From Sphagnum compactum (Eukaryota): a stretch of 64,000 nucleotides of DNA. The notes under the pieces were generated by a model. That model was not told the origin of the DNA, made no database searches, and saw only the letters and a program-made list of their open reading frames with translations. Numbering within the stretch: position 1 is the stretch's first letter; the number at the start of each line of letters is the position of its first letter. The stretch lies in the NCBI GenBank assembly GCA_965153455.1, contig OZ234493.1, positions 1,922,001 to 1,986,000 on the forward strand, read 5' to 3'. This document shows positions 49,128-63,772 of this stretch, one piece after another. Made by a program: the position numbers and the translations under genes.

Positions 49128-51506
49128 ATTTGGGTCTCCACCTTCCTTGTATTTGAACCAATCCATGTTTTTTCGTGTGAAGGTGGCTACCGTAGGATTA
49201 AGTAAGGTCATGACTAAGAGAGGAGCCATACCGGTGGGGTGTGGTGGTTGGTGATAACCATGGTATGGAGGAATTACAGAGACCCTTCAGTAATGATGTG
49301 GTGATGTTTGGAGCGTTGGAAGTGGGGGTAGCCAACTTGAAAATTGTTGCCTCTAAGGTGATGGAATGAACTGAAATGTCACAATTTGTGCTATTGTGAA
49401 TGTTGTCAATAAGCTAACAACCCTCCAATGTGGCCTTAAATCACAAAATCGATCCAACCCTAGTTGGTCCATCGTTCCCCCTTCCAATTCCTAAAATCTC
49501 CCATGGCCATTTGGTGAACTATCACGTCAACGTCGTTCTTCCTTGGAGTGGTCTAAAAAGGGTAGATTTGATGTGGTTATTTCTGAGTGGGACTGACCTT
49601 TGCTTTGACCCCCTCAACCTCTTTCTCCTTTCTTCTTCTTGATGTCGCAATGTTCGGCTATTCACTCCCCTCTCTTCATTCCTTTTCATTTCGTGCGGCC
49701 TATTATAACACTTAATTATAAGTTAGGATACAATCTTCAACATGGTTAGATTCACCACAATATTCCATTAATAGTAGAGAAGTGTCTCACCGTGATTGCC
49801 GAAAATGTTAAAATAAAATATTACACTTTAAGATATTTGTTTGCTTAAATTTTATTCCCTTAACAATTCTACCAAGGTCTATTATATGGAATTTTTTAGC
49901 AATGGTTGTGTGTTCAAGTTTTGGTCCCCTTATTTTTCATTACCAATTCCACACCCTATTTGCCCTACAACCTCATTATCCTATCTAGTTCTAATATGCA
50001 ATTCTTACTATCTATTTTTCCTCTTTTTTTTGGTTCCCATCAAGGTTAACTAAAACTAAGTTACAACATGATCAAGCTAAAATAAACATACAATGATTCC
50101 TTCCTACTATGCACAACATTCCCACAACCTCCCTCCCCAATGTTTTATTTATAGATCACCTTGGTACGAAGAAAAACAAATGGTCCCTTCTTTTGTAGGG
50201 GTTTCCTCCTATACCCCCTTTCCTCCTTTCTATCTGTCTATGTTGTCTCCTCTTGCTCGTCACCATCCTGCTTCCTTTGCTCTCCTTGCTAGCAACAAGT
50301 TGTCCTAGGGCTTTTTCCTTCATTATCTCATGATCCTTACCTTTCTCTCTTTCTATCATTTCCCACTCAACAAGGAAACACCCAAAAACAACATCCCTTT
50401 TAGATTCAAACTCATTTAAAGTTGAAAGGGGTTTAAGGTTGAATTAACCCTAAAAGTGGTGAAGTCCCCACTTCCAATCAGGGTGAAATTATGAAATGTA
50501 TACTATAGGGTATAAGCTAGATGTACAGAGGTGGATAATCATCAATAAGAAAGGTATAAGTGATGATCATTAATAAGTAAAGGTTAAAAGCTTAAAAGAA
50601 AGGTGAAACACGTACACCAAACATTCATAAATTAAAAATTAAAAACACCAAAGCAAGCTATTAGTGCCAAACATTGATAAATAATAGTTAAAAGCACAAA
50701 GGGTAAGGTGGTAAATACTAAGCATTGATAAATAGTAACCAAAAGCACATATTCAAAATGACAAATGTGAAATACAAGAAGTTATAATTGAAAGCAAAAG
50801 GAACATTGCAAGAAATGATGGACACAACAAGTAATATTAAAAAGGATAGAATCAAGAAGGAAAACAAGTTACAAATCACAAAAGTAACATCCCAAAAAAA
50901 AAAAAAATGCAATTTGAAAAGGTTCAAAAGATGAAAAAAAAGAACGCAATGGTGGTAGGCTTCTTCCCTTTAAAGGATGTGAACAAGCCATTTGACAACA
51001 ATTGCATGACCTAACCCTAACAACGTTGTTTTCTAACCCTAACCATAATATATTTAACTTGAATGGAAAAGATAATAGATTAACTTAATTGGAGTTTAAA
51101 ACTCTTAGTTTAACTTATAACCGGTGGTTTTCTATAACATGTGGAATTTTGCTCAAACCATTTGCACAATTTTTCAATGGAAGTAGTTTTTTAAAAAAAA
51201 TTCATGGTTATATAACAACTAGATATAACAATTGGATCTTTTAACATTTTTTAGTAACTATCAAACATTGGTTTAAAATGTACTTTTTTGCAATATTAAA
51301 TTGCATTTATAAGATATTTTGATTTTATTTAATTATACCTTATTTTCTCAATGCAAAAAGAAATTCTAATTTGTTTCAAAACTAGTGGCATTAGGTGAAT
51401 AGGTGGTATTCACCAACAACAAGTGAAGGCATTGTGGTTGAAATGTTGAAACACAATTTTAATAAGGGATCGTTGACCCAATTTTTCTAGGGATTGTTGA
51501 CCTTTA

Positions 51507-51841
51507 GAACATCTCCATCAAACACAATAATGCATATCACAATTTGTATGAAGATCAATAAAAAATTTGCCCAGCTGATTTAGTAAATTGACTATGGCTC
51601 AACACTTTTGCTCAATATGCGGAGCTGGCAAAAGCCACAACGTAGTGTAACTAACTCATGCTCTTGATTGGTCAGATGTATTGATTAGTCCAAGTGGTTT
51701 GTAATTTAGTAGGTTTTGAAACTTGTATTATCCCACGTTCATGTTTATGGGCGGGGCTTGGAATTGGTAAATAGGACGTGATATTGGATGTCAAACACTA
51801 TTATTGCACAGCCAAATGCCGAGTATAGGTGGTAGCTTCTC
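51507..51841. mobile_element. Tourist/PIF-Harbinger-like MITE, copy 1
   Basis: TTA at 51504-51506 and 51842-51844 forms the TSD. The left end GAACATCTCCA resembles Tourist-type TIRs, and the interior is homologous to 54288-54627. Confidence 0.65.
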
Positions 51842-52226
51842 TTAGGAAGAAGCTAACAATACGAGGACATGATATACCCATGACTCTGATGAGCACTAAT
51901 GCACGACTAGTGTAGTAGTCATGACAAACCCTTCAAGCCTTCATTGATATTCATGCAAACATATTGCATTGCACGCAATAATGTGTCATATTGCTCAGGG
52001 GTCAGAACCCAAGTGACATTTATGGATGGCTCCATGGGAAGAAGAAGGACCTTCTCATGCACATTCGCAAAAAAAATAAATCCTACGTACCACACCAGAC
52101 TTGGCATGTGCAAATCTTACAAATCACATTTAAGTCATTGATGAATGCATAATCAAGACTCTACCGTGTATACTATTACTCGGTTGTAACATTAACTCCA
52201 TCTCCAAAAGAAAACAACATCTAATC

Positions 52227-52770
52227 AGCAATGTTGTTTTTTTTTGGGGTAAAATTTTTTTGTGATGTATAGCCATAATGGTGATGATCCACACGAAGAT
52301 TTAGTTAGATTTGGTGAAAGCTAAATATGGAATTATATATATATATATACTTCTATATTTTTGGCTCCTTTACTTGTATTGTGTATAAAGATTTGGCAAT
52401 TTTTCTTAAATTTTGGCTGAATTCTAGCCAGTAAAAATCCCAAAAAGCATGATTTTTAGCACTTTTATTTTTAATAGAGCTTTCTGGCTATTTATATAGC
52501 CAACCAAAAAAAAAGAAGATGCTGATCAATCATTCAAAAAATAATGTTTACATGAATTAATGTCAATCAATCTTTTTTCTTTTGCCAATAAAATCAAACA
52601 AATGAAACACCCCAAAAAAAAAAAAAGAGAAAATATTGTGTTGCAAATTCCATTTTTCACCAAATTTCATTCTAATGTCTTTTAAGGAGAGTGTGGCCAA
52701 TTAAGGCAAAATCCATTTTGGGATGCTCACCATTGAGGCTGCATCACAAAATTGAAAGAAAATGGCTGGT
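52227..52770. mobile_element. MITE-like element(s) with inverted subterminal motifs
   Basis: TTTTGTGATGTATAGCCATAATGGTGATGATCC (about 52258-52290) is inverted relative to GGATGCTCACCATTGAGGCTGCATCACAAAA (52721-52751). This may be one element or two adjacent copies in opposite orientation. Confidence 0.55.
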
Positions 52771-52839
52771 GCCACTGACAAAAATGAGGGCTATTGGTGT
52801 GTGATTTGAGGTCAAAAGTTTTACAAAGTTTTGCAAGGA

Positions 52840-52863
52840 AACCCTAAACCCTAAACCCTAAAC
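52840..52863. repeat. Short interstitial plant telomere-type repeat (AAACCCT)x3
   Basis: AAACCCTAAACCCTAAACCCTAAAC. Degenerate versions occur at about 33460-33487 and 5617. Confidence 0.7.
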
Positions 52864-54180
52864 GAAAATTTTGCACTTTGTGGTAGTGTAAATGGAGGAG
52901 GGTGCCTTATATGTTGTAATGGGGCATCAACCGTGCGTGAGCATTTTGGAAAGCAAAATGCCCATAGAGGAAACACAACCATTTCGCTATTCAAGATGCT
53001 GTCATTACCGTTTTAAAACTTGTATTATTAACGTGATATCCGGTGGATACAAGTTGGTACCCATCAAGTATCACTGTAAAAAAAAAAAAATTAAATGGTG
53101 AAAAGTAAGTCAAGTTTTACACCGGCTAACCCCCAGCTAGCCCTAGGCGTTGCCCTTATAAATGCACAAACCCACCACCATACTTTTCACTAAATAGATA
53201 GTCTCGGTAAAACCACAACCGATTCGGATTGGATGGGTTTCAGGAGGGGTTTGAACGGGTATTGGCCGGGTATATTGATGACAACTTGGGTATACAATAT
53301 TCATTCATATGAGTACTAGTATTGAATTAACATACCAAACGGGTATGAATTGAGGCAAAATACCAGCCTTACACCAATGCCAGCCTCGTATGAGACCCTG
53401 AGGTGATACCAGGTTTAAACTTGTATTACCAATACCTGTCGGGTAAGAAAAAACTTGAGGCAAAAAAGCCCTAACCAACATTGATTTGAAGTGAACAATA
53501 TGCACTACTATGCTTCCTCTAGTTAAGTTAGTAAGCACTCGAAGGTCTTCCTTCTAGTTGATCATCCAAACAACTCTCACCAAAGTCAGTCTCTTTGGCA
53601 CCATTATTAGTTTTTTCTTTTTTGCTGGCGCAAAACATGTCAAGAGAATTTGTGTCATAAAAAGCGAAAAACAAATTCACATGAAACGTGTTCAAAGGTT
53701 TAACAAATTGGAATGACAACTGGGGAAAAAAATAAAAATAAATATTTTATTTTATTAATTTTTGGGTATAACCGTTAGTGGTCGATGTTGGGTGTATTGA
53801 TTCAATAGGCCGCATGGAAACTCAACATAAGTTGCTTGCTTAAAGCAATTAGTACGGTGGACACTTGGGACAAGATAGTATTTGGTGAGAGTCCTGTAAT
53901 CCAAATGCAAGTCCAATGCTTAACCTAACTCTCAAGTAATGACCTCAGTAGACAACTATTGTTTGTAGCTTTTTTTGCAGCTGCTTTGCTTTTGGCTCCT
54001 TAGAGCTCCTTTAGGATTTTCAATAGCTTTGCAAATAAATGAAGTTTGCTGGTATCTGATAGATAATGTATGGAAATAGTAATGTCGTGTCTGATGATTT
54101 ATCGATGCAAATCACAAGGCCCAAATGAATGACTTGATTCACATTTTGTTCCAAGTTATGAGATGGTGCCATCAGGCTTG

Positions 54181-54263
54181 AAAGTAATGAGTATTATTCA
54201 ATCTTGCAAAGTAATGAGTATTATTCAATCTTGCAAAGTAATGAGTATTATTCAATCTTGCAA
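54181..54263. repeat. Perfect tandem repeat, 27 bp x 3
   Basis: AAAGTAATGAGTATTATTCAATCTTGC three times. Confidence 0.95.
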
Positions 54264-54287
54264 TCTCATGAGGGCAAGAAATCGTAA

Positions 54288-54627
54288 AAACATCTTCACC
54301 AGTGTCCAGTATGTGACCCTACAAATTAAGATTGAAGTCAAAATGTGTTGGTTTAGCTCAGCAAAATGGTTTCGGCCTAGCCATTTTGGCATAGTTTTTT
54401 ATTAAGGCTGGTGAACAGCAGAGAGAGAAGCTTAACAACTGCTGTTGTTGATTGGCTAAATAGTTTGATTGGTCCAGGTGGGTTGCTATTAATTAGTAAT
54501 GTCCCCATCTATTTGCAATTTTAGTTTTATGGGTGGGGTTGGAAAAAAATAAAAGTAAAAATAACTAAACTTGGATGTGAGAAATCATTTTTGCAAGGTC
54601 ACATACTGAGCCATGTTGGAGATGTTT
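54288..54627. mobile_element. Tourist/PIF-Harbinger-like MITE, copy 2
   Basis: ~38-bp TIRs AAACATCTTCACCAGTGTCCAGTATGTGACCCTACAAA / TTTGCAAGGTCACATACTGAGCCATGTTGGAGATGTTT, flanked by TAA and TAC. Confidence 0.75.
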
Positions 54628-55314
54628 TACCCTAAAAAGAGTTATTTTTCTTTTGAATTCATTTTTCTGGATGTTGATTTAGGAATTTATTATGGTGGGT
54701 TTTATTATTAGCATAGTGATCCCAAAAGAATGATCCCAACATTCCTACATTTTTCCAGTAGAAAAGAGAAAACAATTGAGCTATGTACTAGTTTTCCAAA
54801 GAAAACAGAATTAAGTTACAATACATAAGTGAGCAAAGTGTAAGAACAAGGTGTCATCTAGTGGCCCAAAAATCTTCATGTCAGACCACCAAATGCATCA
54901 TCTCCATTTGTCGTGGAGGGTAGTAGGTTGTAGCACAAACAATCAATCCATTAATGGGGTACACAAAGTATGAATTGATGAAGGTCCTCCCGAGTCTACA
55001 ATAGCACAAATGTCAAATATTTGGCATAATAATGGGGTTCAGTGGAAGGAAGATCACCATTTTGATCGGCTTTAATTCAATCCACTGTTAGCGCATGCAT
55101 GAGGTTGGTGAGCTTGAAGCCACCGTTACGGCATGGCATGGGGTTGCTGAGCTTGAAGTGGTTATGGGCTTTAAATTCAATCCATGGTTAGTGCATGGGA
55201 TTGATGAGCTTGAAGCAACCTCGAAGGCTTCAATAGTATGTTAAGTGTTAGGATCTAAGTGGACAAAAATGAAAGCAACTTGCTCAACAATTTTCATTCT
55301 ATGTATGGCACAAT

Positions 55315-55368
<54 letters not shown>
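55315..55368. repeat. Compound microsatellite (TG)n(AG)n
   Basis: Directly visible. Other SSRs lie at 1650-1682 (TA), 3344-3369 (CT), 10185-10214 (GA) and 12354-12380 (GA, inside the receptor intron). Confidence 0.95.
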
Positions 55369-55371
<3 letters not shown>

Positions 55372-56194
55372 CCATAACAATTTTTTATGAAAGTACATGA
55401 ATTGCATCATAGTTTGGTGCTCTTAGGACAATAATTTTTTGGATTCATTTATGGATGGTAGTTTGGACTCATTTATGCGTTGAGTGTGGGACTAGGTTTG
55501 GATTTTATTGTGTAGTTGGTATGGAAATTTTTTTGTGGTGTTCACCACGCATGCATGCCCTCACATGCAACTCGAGAGTTTCATGGATTTGGCACCATTT
55601 ACCGAAAAAAAGATTTACCAACCAAACACAATTTCTTTCTTGTTTTTTTTTATAAAAAAATCGGTCTTTAGGGTTAGTTTCTTTCCATGTGGCCCCACTA
55701 TGCCAACTATTATTTGGTAAATATATACATCCTCCAATCATTTCAATTTGTATAAGAACATGTAAAAAAGGTATTAGGGCCTTTATCAGTATTTTCCCAC
55801 ATTTAAATACTAAAAAGAGTTAATTCCACCGACCAATACTTTTTTCTTTTTTTTCCTTGACTGCCCAATTGCCCAACTAAGATGCATCTGATCATCAATG
55901 ATCATCTTCATATATTACCCACACAAATCTTTTTTTGTTGTATATTTATATATGCCCAAAGTGTGCATAATAGGACCCAAAATTTGTGTTTGGGCATCAT
56001 CCAAAAGATGGATTGGGCCAAGGGCAAACAAGAAAAAAAAAAAGAAAAAAAAGCAGACAATATTTTTGCACTATTTACAATAGGTAAAGCACCCATTGCT
56101 AATTTTTATTGTCCGCCCAATTAATAACACAATGCTAATTATTTCCACTGCCCCCACCACCTATTGAACATGAAAAAAGTGAATACCTTACTAC

Positions 56195-56327
56195 TACATT
56201 AGCAACTTCAACGTTAATTATATTATCTTTAGAAATATTGAAATTTTCCCAAAAAAGTTAATATGAAAAAATTAAAAGAAAATATTGAGTCTTCAAGAAT
56301 ATTCTATTTGTTGAAGTTGCCAATGTA
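56195..56327. mobile_element. Mini-MITE / fold-back with 18-bp terminal inverted repeats
   Basis: TACATTAGCAACTTCAAC ... GTTGAAGTTGCCAATGTA (17/18 complementary) around an AT-rich core. Confidence 0.65.
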
Positions 56328-59300
56328 CTAGGGGAGTAAAAAGTAAGAGACAATTTCAAATATATTTAAATTTTTAAAGATATTTAAATTAAAGATATTT
56401 AAATTGTCATATATGTGACACTTGGGTCATTGTTACATCCGATCAATCAAAAACAATTGTTTCGTTATATATTTCATCCATAGCACGTCCCAAACATGTT
56501 CCCCAAGTTCCCAATGTATTCCTCAACATGTTCCCAATAGATGTTTGAGAATTATGAGCTTGGACCTTTTTTCTTCATGGATTTATTGATTAGGGTTCAA
56601 GCATGGTTTGATTCAATCATTTTTTTTTTACATTATGAATAGTTCACACTTACATTAGTTTAATTTTTAACAATTATAATAATTGTCAAACTACAAATAT
56701 TGTAACTGTTCCTTATGTTTTTGGTCAAAAATATAGAACCATTCTCTAATATTAATAAACATGTGGTTGGTTAAAAAACTTATGTGAAAGCTTAAATATT
56801 TCAATATAAAATGGACTATAGACAATAAAAATTTGATGAAAAAATGTTTTTTTATTTTTGACATCATCATAACATATTTTTCGAATTCAAATATTTCATT
56901 GTATCCATGTGACAAATGTATCATCACCATATTAAAAGTCCATTGTGAATTCATTTTTTCTCATAATTTATTCATATTTTTAAAAATGTGATTCCCATTG
57001 AACTTTATGGTAACATGGATAATTTAAATTTTGATAATATTAATGTTAAATATGCTTTCACATTTTAAATTCATATATAATCTAGAAAAAATGTGACTAT
57101 GACAATTCAAATAGTCTTCCTATTGTGTTGAACCCTTTAGGTGAAAAGTCCATGAATGAATCTCAATATAAATATAGAACATTTATTTGAACAAATAATT
57201 AAATAAGTCTTGAATGTCAAATATATTTGTCAAAATTTTATTGGGATAGGCAAGGGAATCATCCTTGATTCCACGTGATGGTGGTAAATACAAAAAAATT
57301 AATCTTATATTCTGATTTAGATATGGATTAAAACATATCATAAAACTAATACTAATAAAATTTGATCATTCATATCTACTCATATCTAGTTTCAGAATTA
57401 AAATATAGTCATGAAAGTATGAGAAAAACATCAAAACATCAAATCTAGCTATAAAATTGAAGCTTTTCTAGAAAAAATAATATTATTGTTTCATACTCCC
57501 ACAAAACTCCATGTTCTACAATGAACAATCCTCTCTTCATTCTTTTCCTTCTTCCAAGATATAACCATCTAAAAAAAACAGTCCTTGAATTATTCAAATT
57601 CAAACAGTGACAAAAATTATGTAATATAGCTAGCAATTCTTAAAACAATAACTAGGTAAATAAAAATATACTAACTAACTATTACCATGAGTAATTACTC
57701 CTTTAACAGATGGATTGAAACAAAGCATCATAAATTTTAAATATGTGAGGAGTGTGCTTCATAGACTACATGAATAACATATGGGGAAGAAGAACAAGAC
57801 ACGTGTCACATGGGAAAATATATTAACATGGATCACAAAACATCATTTTTGTGAAGTCAAGTTGAATAAACATTGATGGTAAACATATTTCCATAAAAAC
57901 ATCGATTTCAAACATAAGATATAAAAATTCCTATAGTTTTGGAATTGCTTTATTTTGTGTTTTGGAATAATTTCCTAATGCAAATTTTGGTCAAACATTA
58001 TGATCTGTTCTTTGGTTTTTGGGTAGACCAAAATGTTTGTTAATAATGAATATTCATTATTCATGAACATGAAGGTATATATGCCCACATATAATCATAT
58101 TTCAGGGAACTTTGTAAAGTTTATATGAAATTCAAGTTTATTTCATATTTTCATTGTTAATTATATTTATAATCATAGTTTTAAACAAAATATGTTTCAT
58201 ATTTTTAAAAATTTACAAAGAGTATCTTTGTATTTTCTTTGTGGAATTCATGCCCTAATCACTGAGATCCAAAGTGATCATGCATGGATTTCCATGCAAT
58301 TTTATACAAAATTTGTGTTGGAACAACATTCAATTAATGGTCATGGCCATTGTTGGAACTCCCTCTATGACAATTGATATAAGCAAGGTTTAAAATTTAA
58401 ATAATACTAGTTAGGATGCCTACCATTTTCATCAACTAGGATGGTAGAAGGATAATTCGAAGGTACATAATGTCACACTTATATAGTTTAAGGTGCAAGG
58501 ATTAAAATTAAGTCACTTTACGAAGGAGATAAAAGAATCCAAAATTGCACTCTCTAATAATTCTACTTTACCAAACATGATTTCCATATTAGCGTTTGTG
58601 TTTTTTTTCCTTCCAATATCCTCCTTCACATGCATGAAAATGCATTACAATCTTTGCAACAAATGAATACTTCGCCTTCAATTACTTCCATCTATTGTAT
58701 ACAATAGATTTTCTAGCTTCCTTTTGCTTGTGGGGATTTTCTTCACCTTTCCATGAGCCCCCATTGCCTCACCCACAAAAACAGTATTCCATTACATCAC
58801 CATTTTTACAAGTTCTCTTTCAATAAAAAATTATGCTAATCCAAACATATTTATTCTTGACTACAAATGAATTCATGGACATGCATGAAGAATGAGGAAT
58901 TAAAAAACATGTGATGTAGGGGAAAAAAAAGAGGGATAAATTCAAGAGTAAGCCAAGGAATGTGCATATACTTAACACCTTATTGAACATTGCAACAAAG
59001 TCAATGCCCAAGATGCCCCAACTAATTTTGCACCCGTTCTCACCATCATGTCCATTCTTGAAGCAACATATTTTTAAAAACCATTCTAACAAACAAAAAT
59101 GAAAATATTATTGTCTTCCTTTTGGCACCATAAACATCAACAATAATATTTGTCAAAAAAACACACCAATCAAAACAACACCAATGGTAATCAATAGTAA
59201 TTTAACTTACTTTTAAATTGTTGAATTTCACTTCAAGAAAGATTTCAAAGGTATGATTCTAAATTGTGGATTGGGACGTATTAGAAATCTCCATTGCCTT

Positions 59301-62300
59301 TTTTGAAAAAAATCTTCACAACAAAAATCATACATTGAAAAAAGAAGTATTATATTATTACAAATTCAATTCATCCCAAAATTCTTATTTAAATTTGAGT
59401 CTTTGAATGTAAGGACACGATTTCTACTAACAATATAATGTGTGCCAAAGTTGCCAAGGTATTAGAATATAACTTTCAACAACCTTAAGTATTTTTCCCC
59501 CCTTCTTTTTGGTCTTCAATTTATTCTTGTAAGGGGAAGGGAAGGGGGTTATGTAAACTTGGATAAAAGTGACCCATATTTGATTCTTGGAAGGATCTAT
59601 CAATTTATGGTTCAATTGAAAGTCCAAATATACTTGATTTTTGGAATTGACAACTTCTTTTTTGTTTTCAATTTTAATGCGTTGAAATTCAAATGTTTAA
59701 TTTTTGGCATAATAAAATTGCATGCAATTTTATTTTCTTATTAATTCATTAAACAATTGAAATTCTTGGGGGGGGGGGGGGAGGGGGACACTATCTTGCT
59801 TGGCTTGAAATAACTTCAAAAGGGCAATTGTTAAGTTTTGAAAAAATTGGTTGTGTTACAACAATGATTTGGGACATAATTACATGGAAAATTTGCTACT
59901 CAATATTTCATGTGCATATTCTAATACCAAAAAAAATTAATCCAAGGGGGAACTTTATGTCATTGTTTTGGCAACTTGAAATGAATTTTTTTTTTGTTTC
60001 AATATATTTCTAGAGGAAATCAAATCAAATATTTTACCTAGTATTGCACATATGACAATCCAAAAACTTCAAAAAAACTAACATGACGGTGAAAGCACAC
60101 TATGGGGAGGCCAAAAATGTGTTCACATTATATTATTTTCCAAGGGTGTCCATGTTTTGAACTTTAACCATAGTAATATTGGAGCATATTTTTTCAAAAT
60201 ATTTGCATAATATGGTAGATTATAACACAAAAAATCAATTGAAAAAAAATTTCCTTTTTCTAATTTATATTTTGCAATTGCAAAGTGTATTTGTGACAAA
60301 AAAATGCATGTCACTATGTACTAAAAAATGTGCATATACTAAAAATTTGATTGAAATGATTTTTAGTCTTTATGAAATTTGTTGTACTTATTAAACATTG
60401 TGATTTCATATGATTGGAATAAATTTGTGAGCCATGTGAAGAGTTTGATAAATTATCATATCACAAATGGGTGTTTTTTGGGGTGATAATCATAAGCAGG
60501 TGATAAACTAACATTTTGACAAACTATCATTTTCAAATGGAATATATTGACTTTTGCATAACACTTGTAATAAACAACATAATAAATATGATTATCACTC
60601 AATTTACTTCATATCAAAATGAAGTAGTTAGGCTTGGTTATTTGCAAAGCCCACGATGAAAATATTAATTGAGAGAGGAAATTATCTTGAAGAGAGTGAA
60701 TAGAGAATATATGCCAAAATCATTATATAATGCATAAGCATTTTCATATTTTGCAATGCATGTGGTTATTGAATGCATTTGTTTTAATTATGGTGACTAA
60801 CTATGGAATATATTTTCTTTTAGCATTTCATTTCTATTCGTTACATTAATTACCTTGGAAAAAATTCTTACCATATGCTCAGCTTGGAACCCCATTAAAT
60901 TTTAATATTGATTTCCGTTATAAAAAATGTTTCGTGTGTTCAATGTTGTTGATTGATTTAATCATATTTTGTGAAATATTTGATAGAATGTTTGAAATTT
61001 CATGTGTTGGTGTCGGCAATGTCAATTGCACTCTTGTTTTATTTCATTTTGAAATCTGCCATACTCGGTGTATATATTTGTTTACCCTACATTTACCCAC
61101 TTAGAGTAAACAATGAAATATTTACCCCAACCCTTACATTGCAAATAGGGTAAATGTTCAAAATTTACTTTTACCCTTACCTAGTTTGGAATTTCCAAAA
61201 CCAATATATCTTTTACCCCTGCCCGATATGTTTATTGAAATTTTATATTTACCCTCACCCAATTGGTATAGTAAAATGGATACTTCCACCCAACACTGGG
61301 ATAAATCATCTATTTGGCACAATTGTGCAAGCTTTTGGAAGATGACTTTTGTCTTCTTCTTTTCACTTTTTTATCAAGAATAAATGTGGCAAGGGTTGGT
61401 GCATTACATGCCCATATCATATGCCCATATCATTAGAATGGTGGGCAAAAGAGTTTGTTGATTGAATGTCATCAATTGTCAATACCACTTGTTCATATAT
61501 ATGTGTACCTATATGTTGGCTGATGTTACTAAAGTGTAGCAAGCTCAAATTGATGGTTCCCATATAAATTAATGGATGTCACAACCATTGGATCAACTCT
61601 TAGTTAGTGTCACAATGTTATAGGAAACATCAAATTTGGGCATGGAATTTTGGAAGTTCAACACCCTGAATTTTCTATAGTTATTTTCACAAGTTGTCTT
61701 GACATGTATGGAAACTATGATATATTCACTTGATGGATATGTTATTTGGGCATCACACAATAGTTTTTGGAAGTTGACTCCTATTCTTCAAGGTCTAAAA
61801 TACATTAAAAGGAATGTTAGAGGTGTGTTAAATTACAAATATCCTTGAATATACAAAACTATTGGGATGTGTGTTTGAATCATCATAACAAAGAAAATGA
61901 AATGATTAAAATAATCTATATATAATTAATGAAAAAATGATGTTTGTCTTCATGTGCCACTCAAACCTACTACCTCTTGTAGGCAATCTAACTACCTCAA
62001 TCCTTCCCCCTACCCACCTACAAAGATATGAAAGGACAAACATAACTTTTCATGTTCATGTATTTATTCTGCATGAACATGAAAAGACACAATGTTGAGA
62101 ACCATATGGAAATAAACTATTGGGAACCATATGGGAACAGATTAAAAAAAGAGAGAAGATAAGGGTAGAGGGTTGGGAACTTGCTACACATAATAGTAAT
62201 AATACAACCCCTCTTGATTCAAAATCAAAAAAAAACTGTTGGAGCCCTTAATTATGAAAGTCCACACCAACCTTCAAAGCAAATAATGTAAGGTAAGGCC

Positions 62301-62614
62301 CCAAGGTGAGGAGGCCATTCGCCAAATGTGAGGCTTAGGACAAGGCCTTAGGTGTAAGAGGCCTCTTGTAGGCCTAATGGCCCTCTTGTTTTCTAGGAGG
62401 TATCTATCATTAATGTTGTATAAGGTGCCTTCCATAATACACTAGAAAATTTCTCAAAAAAGTTGGGGCCATACTCGAATTAAGAAGCCTAAATAAGACA
62501 CAACACATATAAGAGGCCTCTAGTTTTTTGAGGAGGCATTTTTTATGTGCCCTCCAAAATACACAAGGAAATTTTTTGTGTCTGGGCAGCTCCAAGATGT
62601 ATGTGATCGGCATT

Positions 62615-62735
62615 TCTTGAAGATTATATTTTTGCATGGTGAAGTATTTGAGTTTCCATAACTCTTCTTTTTTTGCCTTAAGATAAATTTTAATGCAAAT
62701 GGCAGGGCCACAGTGTAATTGACACACCCCTTTGT
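62615..62735 (-). repeat. Dispersed repeat family A, partial copy 3
   Basis: TTGAAGATTATATTTTTGCATGGTGAAGTATTTGAGTTTCCATAA...GACACACCCC matches 18770-18880. Confidence 0.75.
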
Positions 62736-62773
62736 TTAATGTGTATAAGGTATGTTCCAAAAATAAAAAAAGG

Positions 62774-63200
62774 CAAAATAGTCAACAAAATACACTTAAG
62801 AAATCTCTCCAAATACAAAAGGAAATAGTCTACAAAATACACTTAAGAAATCCCTCCAAATACAAAAGGAAATAGTCTACAAAATACACTTAAGAAATCC
62901 CTCCAAATACAAAAGGAAATAGTCTACAAAATACACTTAAGAAATCCCTCCAAATACAAAAGGAAATAGTCTACAAAATACACTTAAGAAATCCCTCCAA
63001 ACACAAAAGGAAATAGTCTACAAAATACACTTCAGAAATCCCTCCAAATACAAAAGGAAATAGTCTAAGAAATACACTTGAGAAATCCCTCCAAATACAA
63101 AAGGAAATAGTCTTGGAAAAACACTTAAGAAATTTCTCCAAATACCAAAAGCAAATATTCTAGAAAAAAATACACTTAAGAAACCTCTCCAAATACAAAA
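62774..63200. repeat. Tandem array, 47 bp x 9, upstream of the LTP-like gene
   Basis: Unit AAAATACACTTAAGAAATCCCTCCAAATACAAAAGGAAATAGTCTAC. Central copies are essentially identical and edge copies are degenerate. Confidence 0.95.
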
Positions 63201-63772
63201 GATAGAAATCAAATTTGTAGAGTGCTTTCACTTCTTCATTTCCATCACTTGTTTGCATTTGTTTGTTGTTGGTGCAGCTTTTTTTGTTTTTGGGCAAGCA
63301 ATGAATGAAGTGGAAACAGTAAACTTTGTCCTCTTCTGAATCGTCTCGTGCAAAGCAAAGCTTTAAGCAAACCCTAATTGAGTTGGTAGCTGTAGTTATG
63401 AGGGTGGTGAACTCAAAAGTGGCCACTGTTGCTCATTATGAGCGAGACGGCTGACACACAAGAAAGCAATGCAGTCATCATGTTCAGCAACTGTAGTTAC
63501 CCAGCAGCCAGCCCAGAAGGAGTACACACAAAGGAGAGCGGGAGGAAAGGGGGGGGAAGCCTGGGAGTGTTGTACTCGATCAGCTCCATTATAGTATATA
63601 GCAGCACTAGTACATTGCACTCTTCAATCGTCTTCACTGAGCTGCCGCTGCATTCTTTACGTCTTGGGTCTTGTTTGAAGGTCTTTTAAGTGGTTTGTCC
63701 AAGTTTTAAGCTTTGCTTGGATTTGTTTTCTGCTTGGATCCTGCAGAGGTGTTTGTTTGTTTATCGAGTGTG

